DNA from: an uncultured virus (IMG/VR IMGVR_UViG_3300025168_000003)
Lineage: Duplodnaviria > Heunggongvirae > Uroviricota > Caudoviricetes > Crassvirales
DNA length: 64,000 nucleotides
IMG/VR virus record: IMGVR_UViG_3300025168_000003
Strand: one strand, 5' to 3'
The notes beneath the pieces are model-generated. The model did no database searches, had not been told where the DNA came from, and saw nothing but the letters and a program-made list of their open reading frames with translations. Both the position numbers and the translations under genes were made by a program. Position 1 is the stretch's first letter. The number at the start of each line of letters is the position of its first letter. Of this stretch, positions 57,615-64,000 are shown piece after piece.

Positions 57615-59336
57615 ATGCAGACAACAGAGATCAATGGATTTTTGATTGATGATTTCAATCAATATAGGCTTGAAGAGGGAAAAAAGCAGGGTACATGCCC
57701 TCTTTGTTCTCACGATAGAAAACCTAAGAATCAAAAGGCAAAATGCGCGTCTTATGATTGGGAACGTGGTCTTGGTACTTGTCATAATTGTAATACATCA
57801 TTTCAATTACATACTTATCAGCGTAAAGGCGCTAGCGAAAAAGAATATGTAAGACCTGTTGGTCCACCTAGCGACACTGAATATCCTGAGTTTTTAAGTG
57901 ACAAGGTAATTGAATGGTTTAAAACAAGAGGTATAGGAACTCAGACCCTTTATGATTTAGAAATCAGCGAGGGTGCTGAGTATATGCCGCAAACCGGTAA
58001 GTCCGAGAATACAATAAAGTTTAATTATATGATGGGTGATCAACTTATCAATATAAAATACCGTGATGGTAGAAAAAACTTTAAATTATATAAGGGTGCT
58101 GAAAAAGTATTCTATAATATAAACAGCATAGTAGGTTATGAGTATTGTATTATAACTGAAGGCGAGATGGACGTGTTAGCTTTACACGAAGCAGGTATAC
58201 CAAACGTTATATCTGTTCCTAATGGCGCTACACTAAATAACAACAATTTAGATTATCTTGATAATTGTATTGATTATTTTGAAGACAAAGAAAAAATCAT
58301 ACTAGCAGTTGATTCAGATGAAGCAGGGCAAGCATTACAATCAGAATTAGTCCGCAGACTTGGAGCTGAGGTTTGTTACTTAGCAACGTTTGACGACTGT
58401 AAAGATGCTAATGAATACTTACAAAAACATGGAAAAGAAAAACTGGCACAGCGTATTACCTCCGCGAGACCCGTACCACTTGAAAATGTTACAACATTCA
58501 AGGATATTGAAGATGAAGTTACTGACTTTGTCCGTAATGGCTTTAAGAAGGGATATCAAGTTGGTTTATCCAATTTTGATGACATATTTTCTACTTATAC
58601 CGGTCAATTTATTACTGTCACTGGCATACCTAGTAGCGGTAAATCAGACTTCGTTGATCAAATGGTTGTCGGATATAATCGTAACTACGGTTGGAAAACG
58701 GCTTTTGCATCGCCAGAGAATGCGCCGACGTATCTTCATGCTCACAAGCTAATGCGTAAAACCTGGGAAGGTATGCCAAGAGCTGAGGATATACATGGAG
58801 ATAAATGGAATCAAATTGCTGATCATTGTAATAGTAATTACTTTCACATTGATATGGAGCGTTATACATTAGAATCAGTACTTAGAAAAGGTGCTGAGCT
58901 AGTTAAACGTAAAGGTATTAAATGTTTAGTTATAGATCCATTTAATAAGGTTAGAGATGTAGACTGTAAGACTGAAGATGTTAATAGATATACAATGGAG
59001 TATCTAACAAAGATAGAAGTCTTTGCTAAGAAGTTTGATGTATTAGTATTTGTAGTTGCTCACCCAACTAAGATGTATAAAGATAAAGATGGCAAAATGG
59101 AAGAGCCAACTATGTATAACATTAAAGGTGGTGGTGAATGGTACGATGCTAGTTACCACGGCATACTAGTTCACAGAGACTATGAAAATAAAACTGTTAA
59201 AGCTAAAGTTTTAAAAGTTAAGTTTCAGAATCTAGGTGAAAACGGTGCTGAAGCTCATTTTAAATGGGAACCAAAGTCTGGTTGCTTTATACCTCATGAG
59301 CCTATTTCTAATAACGAAGCTATGCCATGGGAATAA
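57615..59336 (+). CDS. Primase-helicase (T7 gp4/Twinkle-like)
   Basis: Zn finger CPLC...CHNC; TOPRIM ITEGEMD, AVDSDEAG, KDANE; Walker A GIPSSGKS; VIDPFN, VAHP. Confidence 0.93.
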   Translation: MQTTEINGFLIDDFNQYRLEEGKKQGTCPLCSHDRKPKNQKAKCASYDWERGLGTCHNCNTSFQLHTYQRKGASEKEYVRPVGPPSDTEYPEFLSDKVIEWFKTRGIGTQTLYDLEISEGAEYMPQTGKSENTIKFNYMMGDQLINIKYRDGRKNFKLYKGAEKVFYNINSIVGYEYCIITEGEMDVLALHEAGIPNVISVPNGATLNNNNLDYLDNCIDYFEDKEKIILAVDSDEAGQALQSELVRRLGAEVCYLATFDDCKDANEYLQKHGKEKLAQRITSARPVPLENVTTFKDIEDEVTDFVRNGFKKGYQVGLSNFDDIFSTYTGQFITVTGIPSSGKSDFVDQMVVGYNRNYGWKTAFASPENAPTYLHAHKLMRKTWEGMPRAEDIHGDKWNQIADHCNSNYFHIDMERYTLESVLRKGAELVKRKGIKCLVIDPFNKVRDVDCKTEDVNRYTMEYLTKIEVFAKKFDVLVFVVAHPTKMYKDKDGKMEEPTMYNIKGGGEWYDASYHGILVHRDYENKTVKAKVLKVKFQNLGENGAEAHFKWEPKSGCFIPHEPISNNEAMPWE

Positions 59337-59575
59337 AAAAGAAGTCAGTTGGTTATCAATATACACCTGATGAGTTTAAGGCTTATCATTGGTGTGTTAA
59401 TAACGGTATTTATATATCTCCATTTTGCAAAGAAAACTTTGCTTGGTGGTATATAGACGTAGAGATAAACAAAAAGATAAATAGATCCCCTAAAGCTTTT
59501 AATCCAAGAGAAATATGGGAGACAATATTTAAATATTATAAATATTATTATGACAAATATGAACAAAAGATATAA
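59327..59575 (+). CDS. Hypothetical protein (82 aa)
   Basis: Overlapping coupled ORF. Confidence 0.65.
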   Translation: MGIKKKSVGYQYTPDEFKAYHWCVNNGIYISPFCKENFAWWYIDVEINKKINRSPKAFNPREIWETIFKYYKYYYDKYEQKI

Positions 59576-60200
59576 CAACGCAAATGAAGCTTATGAAGCT
59601 TTGTTGCACGATGCTATAGCGCTAGGCGTAGACTTTGATGATACTAAAGCTTTGTTTAATTGTGGTTTTTATATAGAAAACCCTACACAAAATCATATTA
59701 CTAACAAAGAACGTAACTGGAGTTTAAAATACGCTGAAGCTGAATGGCAGTGGTATTTATCTGGTGATCCTAATATAATTAAGTTAGGTCAACTATATGG
59801 TAAAATACCTCCTATATGGGAGCGTATGGCTGACAGCAACGGAAACGTAAACAGTAATTACGGTTATCAATGGAAACGTAATGCTCAAATAGATTATGTT
59901 TGTGCCAAGCTTAAAACTAATCCTAATACTAGACACGCAGCTATTAGTATATACGATGCTAAAGAATTTCATAAATATAAGAAAGATACTCCTTGTACTT
60001 ATGCTATTCAGTTTACAATTATAAACAAAAAGCTTTGTATGTCTGTCTATATGCGTTCTAATGACATCTGGTACGGTTTCTGTAACGATCAGTATCAATT
60101 TTCATCATTACAAAAAATGATTGCTAGACGTCTTAATTTTGAAATTGGTTGGTATTACCATCATGCACATAACATGCACTTATATAACAATAAACTTTAA
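59550..60200 (+). CDS. Thymidylate-synthase-fold enzyme, dCMP hydroxymethylase-like
   Basis: VNSNYG, DTPCT, MRSNDIWYGFCND, NMHLY. Confidence 0.8.
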   Translation: MTNMNKRYNNANEAYEALLHDAIALGVDFDDTKALFNCGFYIENPTQNHITNKERNWSLKYAEAEWQWYLSGDPNIIKLGQLYGKIPPIWERMADSNGNVNSNYGYQWKRNAQIDYVCAKLKTNPNTRHAAISIYDAKEFHKYKKDTPCTYAIQFTIINKKLCMSVYMRSNDIWYGFCNDQYQFSSLQKMIARRLNFEIGWYYHHAHNMHLYNNKL

Positions 60201-60205
60201 AAAAA

Positions 60206-60982
60206 ATGTATTATTTATACCACATACCAGGTAAAAAGATCGGTGTTACACGTGATCTTAATAACAGGGTAACCCTTGTACAAGGATACAAGGAGAATGA
60301 GTATGAAGTTCTTGAGCAGTCAGACGATATAGATTATATATCAGACCGCGAAATAGAGCTTCAACAGTCTTATGGCTATAAGAAAGATAGAAAACTATAT
60401 AAACAATTATTTAATAAAATGAAAATAAACGCAACAGAACAAACCTCAACATTCCCTGTGCCAGTCAATAAGTTAAAAGGCAGGCTAACGGATAACATTG
60501 GTTTAACGTGGAAAACAGAGTTTGGCCAGTTTGAAATAACAAAAGAGAACATTAAATGGATTATGCAAAACGTAAAAACATCTATGTTTAACAATGATAG
60601 ATCTTACATTTATAATAAAGCTTTTTATGAAGCTTATTTTAATCCTACACATAATCCTAATAAATGTATATCTAATAATTTAGATTGTGAAAGATTTGAT
60701 CTTATTAGAAACTGGGCATTAGTTAGAGGTATATATGATGGAGGTAACTCACACACACAATACGTAAAGCTAATGGAAGAAGCCGGTGAGTTAGCTAAAG
60801 CTTTATTACAAAATGATAAAGAAGAAATACAAGATGCTGTGGGTGATATGGTCGTTGTATTAACTAATCTAGCTGAGCTAGAAGGTATGTCTATTGAAGA
60901 CTGTATTGATTCTGCTTACACTGAGATATCAGCAAGAACTGGTAAAATGATTAACGGAACATTTGTAAAAGATGCAGATTAA
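60206..60982 (+). CDS. MazG-like NTP pyrophosphatase with N-terminal extra domains
   Basis: KLMEEAGELAKA...DAVGDMVVVL...RTGKMINGTFVKD. Confidence 0.8.
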   Translation: MYYLYHIPGKKIGVTRDLNNRVTLVQGYKENEYEVLEQSDDIDYISDREIELQQSYGYKKDRKLYKQLFNKMKINATEQTSTFPVPVNKLKGRLTDNIGLTWKTEFGQFEITKENIKWIMQNVKTSMFNNDRSYIYNKAFYEAYFNPTHNPNKCISNNLDCERFDLIRNWALVRGIYDGGNSHTQYVKLMEEAGELAKALLQNDKEEIQDAVGDMVVVLTNLAELEGMSIEDCIDSAYTEISARTGKMINGTFVKDAD

Positions 60983-61280
60983 AACTAAAGATAAGATAGT
61001 ACAAAACGTACTAAGGAAGATGGACGAACGTAGCTTAATAGGTCAAAAGAAATATGGCGCTACAATGATGCAAGAGATCGAAGGTCAAAAGAAAGATCTT
61101 AATAGGTTTATGATAGACGTACAAGAAGAATTGATGGATGCTATATTGTACATTGAATCAGCTAGACATTGCTTAAGAGACGAAATAGAAGAAGCTATGT
61201 TAAACCGTATGAATATAGTAGGCCAAAATGGAAATGATGGTTTACATTATATAGAGGTCAATGATGAAAAAGTTTTATAA
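60972..61280 (+). CDS. Small all-alpha NTP-pyrophosphatase-like protein
   Basis: GQKKYG...QEELMDAILY. Confidence 0.55.
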   Translation: MQIKTKDKIVQNVLRKMDERSLIGQKKYGATMMQEIEGQKKDLNRFMIDVQEELMDAILYIESARHCLRDEIEEAMLNRMNIVGQNGNDGLHYIEVNDEKVL

Positions 61281-61713
61281 AAAGAAAAGAGGACCAGTAC
61301 AGTCTAAAAAGATATCATATGACAATATCACCTTTGCATCAGGTTTAGAACGTTATATGTATATGGCTTTAAAAAAAGCCAAGATCAGGGCTTTGTATGA
61401 AGGAGAAACATTTGAACTACAAGAGTCATTTGATTTTCCGTTTGAATCGTTTGAAAGATGTGGAAACGGTAAAGGAGATTATAAAAATAGAGGTAACAAA
61501 AAAATACTTAATATTAAATATACTCCTGACTTTGTAGGTAAAGGTTTTATAATAGAAACTAAAGGCCGAGCAAATGAGTCGTTTCCATTAAGATGGAAGA
61601 TGTTTAAAAAGCTTATGTCAGAAAGTAAAATAGGTCCTTTTACTTTATACAAACCACAAAATCAAAAAGAATGCGACGAAACAATAAGGTTAATCCTAAA
61701 CTCTCGAAAGTAA
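61261..61713 (+). CDS. T7 endonuclease I-like resolvase
   Basis: FASGLE...YE...YTPDF...IIETKG. Confidence 0.8.
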   Translation: MMKKFYKKKRGPVQSKKISYDNITFASGLERYMYMALKKAKIRALYEGETFELQESFDFPFESFERCGNGKGDYKNRGNKKILNIKYTPDFVGKGFIIETKGRANESFPLRWKMFKKLMSESKIGPFTLYKPQNQKECDETIRLILNSRK

Positions 61714-61847
61714 TAGCAAGACAAAAATACGCTGAGAGACAAATCGATACTTGGTGGAAGTGGAGCTGGAACGTAAGAAATAAAATAATTTATAAAGAAC
61801 TTGTAGAAGTACAAGATAAATATGGAATAAAAGTATATGGAAAATGA
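61671..61847 (+). CDS. Hypothetical protein (58 aa)
   Basis: Hand-translated; fills the gap in the operon. Confidence 0.5.
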   Translation: MRRNNKVNPKLSKVIARQKYAERQIDTWWKWSWNVRNKIIYKELVEVQDKYGIKVYGK

Positions 61848-61983
61848 AACAAAAAACTGGAGTTTATCTTTTGGATTTTACCCAGGTATATTATTAGGAG
61901 TTAGATCTTATAATGAAGAAAATCAAGACACACACGTGTTGTATGTACCTTTTATTGATATTGCATTAGAAATATATAAGTAA
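61837..61983 (+). CDS. Hypothetical protein (48 aa)
   Basis: Hand-translated; TAATG-coupled to nrdB. Confidence 0.55.
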   Translation: MENETKNWSLSFGFYPGILLGVRSYNEENQDTHVLYVPFIDIALEIYK

Positions 61984-62951
61984 TGGGATTATTTGACGAA
62001 AGAATACCGTACAAACCTTTTGAGTATCCTGAGTACTACACAGAAGGCTGGTTAAAACAAGCTCAGGCATTTTGGTTACATACAGAAATACCTATGTCAG
62101 GTGATGTTAAAGACTGGAATGAGAAATTAAATGAATCAGAGAAAAACCTAGTAGGAAATATCTTACTAGGGTTTGCTCAAACCGAATGTGCTGTGTCTGA
62201 CTACTGGACACAAAAAGTTGTTGGTTGGTTTCCTAAACATGAAATACAACAAATGGCTATGATGTTTGGTTCACAAGAAACTATTCACGCAGTAGCATAT
62301 AGTTATTTAAATGAAACACTTGGACTTGAAAATTTTGAAGCTTTCCTGCACGAGCCAGCTACTGCTGATCGTTTTGACAATCTCGTTGCGTATGATGGCA
62401 ATGAATCAATCGGTATCGGAAAGTCATTGGCTATTTTTTCTGCCTTCGCAGAGGGAGTATCTCTTTATTCTGCTTTTGCAGTATTGTATTCTTTTCAATT
62501 GCGCAACCTCCTTAAAGGAGTAGGCCAACAAATGAAATGGTCTGTAAGAGATGAAAGCTTACATAGCAAAATGGGTTGTAGATTATTTAATCATATGTGC
62601 GAAGAAGATCCTACTTTACTAAAAGAATGCGAAGACGATGTATATTTAGCAGCTAAAACAATGATTAGTTTAGAAGAAAAATATATAGATAAAATGTTTG
62701 AAATGGGTGATTTAGAAAACCTAACATCAAATGATCTAAAACAATTTATAAGAAAAAGAACAAATGAAAAACTTATTGAACTTGGTTATACAGATAAAAG
62801 AAAACTTTTTAAGTATGACAATAAAGGAGCGTCTAACCTTGATTGGTTTTATCATCTTACCGGGGGCCACACTCATACTGATTTTTTCGCCATACGTCCA
62901 ACGGACTATAGCAAAGCTAACGAAGGTGAAGACTTTGAAGACATTTGGTAA
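61983..62951 (+). CDS. nrdB: Class I ribonucleotide reductase beta subunit
   Basis: FWLHTE, ETIHAVAY, AEGVSLYSAF, RDESLH, TDFFAIRPTDY. Confidence 0.95.
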   Translation: MGLFDERIPYKPFEYPEYYTEGWLKQAQAFWLHTEIPMSGDVKDWNEKLNESEKNLVGNILLGFAQTECAVSDYWTQKVVGWFPKHEIQQMAMMFGSQETIHAVAYSYLNETLGLENFEAFLHEPATADRFDNLVAYDGNESIGIGKSLAIFSAFAEGVSLYSAFAVLYSFQLRNLLKGVGQQMKWSVRDESLHSKMGCRLFNHMCEEDPTLLKECEDDVYLAAKTMISLEEKYIDKMFEMGDLENLTSNDLKQFIRKRTNEKLIELGYTDKRKLFKYDNKGASNLDWFYHLTGGHTHTDFFAIRPTDYSKANEGEDFEDIW

Positions 62952-62999
62952 TGGTTTTGATATAGTTATAACAAGAGAAGATATAGAACAAGATTTAAA

Positions 63000-63230
63000 A
63001 TGAAAGAAAAAACTTTAATAGAAATGTCTAACAAGGTTAAAGCTTTAACAAACGTAGCCCAACACTTATTAAATGAGGTTGCAAACATTAGAGAGTTATC
63101 AGTTGGAACATTAGAAACAATTAAAAAAATGCCTGATTATAATGAAGCTATCGAATCGCTTAAAAAAGACTTGGTTGAAAAGTCTAGTAAAACAAAGGAG
63201 GCTAAGCCCGACAGAGAGGCTAGCGAATAG
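63000..63230 (+). CDS. Hypothetical protein (76 aa)
   Basis: ORF track. Confidence 0.6.
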   Translation: MKEKTLIEMSNKVKALTNVAQHLLNEVANIRELSVGTLETIKKMPDYNEAIESLKKDLVEKSSKTKEAKPDREASE

Positions 63231-63417
63231 ATTAGGATATATGGGGACTGCATTTATGATGACTAGTCCTCATTTATTACCTGACGAAAGAGGTATGATT
63301 ACATACATAATAGCTGGTATAATATCTATACCACAAGTGTTTGTAGCAAAACAATGGAACTTAGTATTTGTTAATTTAAACGTAGCAATAGCCTACATAA
63401 TATTATATTTATCATAA
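63142..63417 (+). CDS. Small multi-pass membrane protein (start uncertain)
   Basis: Three hydrophobic segments; TAATG-coupled to nrdA. Confidence 0.55.
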   Translation: MKLSNRLKKTWLKSLVKQRRLSPTERLANRLGYMGTAFMMTSPHLLPDERGMITYIIAGIISIPQVFVAKQWNLVFVNLNVAIAYIILYLS

Positions 63418-64000
63418 TGTGGAACAATGAATGGAAAAAAGGAAAAGACTACCCAGAATGGGGAGACACTGAAGTTTATAAAAAAACTATTGCAGGAGGA
63501 TACTTATTATCAAACGAAACACCAAAAGAAGCTTATCAAAGGGTTTGTGAAACTGTTGCAAGAAGACTTGATAAACCCGAGCTCGCAAAAACGTTCTATG
63601 AATACATATGGAATGGTTGGTTATGCTTGGCGTCACCTGTTCTTAGTAACACTGGTACTGATAGGGGTTTGCCTATTAGTTGCTTTGGTATTGACGTCGC
63701 TGATTCTATATATGACATAGGAACTAAAAATTTAGAGATGATGCTACTCGCTAAACACGGCGGTGGAGTTGGTATCGGTATAAATCAAATAAGACCCGCT
63801 GGAGCAAAAATTAAAGGTAATGGAACAAGTGATGGCGTAGTGCCTTTTTGTAAAATATACGATTCGACAATACTTGCCACTAATCAAGGATCTGTCAGAC
63901 GAGGAGCTGCATCAGTTAATATTAATATTGATCACGCCGATTTCGATGAGTGGCTCGAAATACGTGAACCTAAAGGAGATGTCAACAGACAATCACTTAA
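63417..64000 (+). CDS. nrdA: Ribonucleotide reductase alpha subunit, 5' part (no ATP cone)
   Basis: ATG at 63417; WLCLASPVLSN, GLPISCFG, GGGVGIG; in frame with base 1 across the repeat. Confidence 0.93.
   Translation, partial: MWNNEWKKGKDYPEWGDTEVYKKTIAGGYLLSNETPKEAYQRVCETVARRLDKPELAKTFYEYIWNGWLCLASPVLSNTGTDRGLPISCFGIDVADSIYDIGTKNLEMMLLAKHGGGVGIGINQIRPAGAKIKGNGTSDGVVPFCKIYDSTILATNQGSVRRGAASVNINIDHADFDEWLEIREPKGDVNRQSL
63846..64000. repeat. Terminal direct repeat, copy 2
   Basis: Identical to 1-155. Confidence 0.95.

Noticed and set aside
59550..60200. Ordinary thyA
   Set aside because: The specificity residue is Asp and the motifs are closer to dCMP hydroxymethylase
63846..64000. 155-bp repeat as the physical terminal repeat of the virion DNA
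   Set aside because: It lies mid-nrdA and runs to the window edge, so it is best read as circular overlap. The real ends are more plausibly near 46.3-46.5 kb.

Overview
The window holds an essentially complete, circularly permuted genome of an AT-rich, podovirus-like Bacteroidota (probably Flavobacteriia) phage. Bases 1-155 recur exactly at 63846-64000, giving a unit length of about 63,845 bp, and the junction falls inside nrdA. The minus strand (about 1.4-46.2 kb) carries the virion and lysis genes: a 2909-aa internal protein, ejection proteins, tail, capsid, portal, terminase, holins, amidase, groEL/groES and tail fibres. The plus strand (about 46.5-64 kb plus 1-1.3 kb) carries small early genes, RNA genes, ligase, a sigma factor, ERF/exonuclease/SSB, primase-helicase, a dCMP-hydroxymethylase-like enzyme, MazG-like enzymes and RNR. 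I recognise no DNA polymerase. The main observations are: (1) a candidate two-sigma transcription cascade, with a sigma70-region-2-like domain buried in the giant virion protein, seven early promoter motifs with an invariant 16-nt spacer, and a second promoter class for the stand-alone sigma; (2) a 79-nt tmRNA reduced to its tRNA-like domain, next to other structured RNAs; (3) a TGACA operator shared by an HTH gene and the strand-switch region; (4) a possible overprinted gene inside the terminase. All family calls come from motif recognition by eye, with no database searches.
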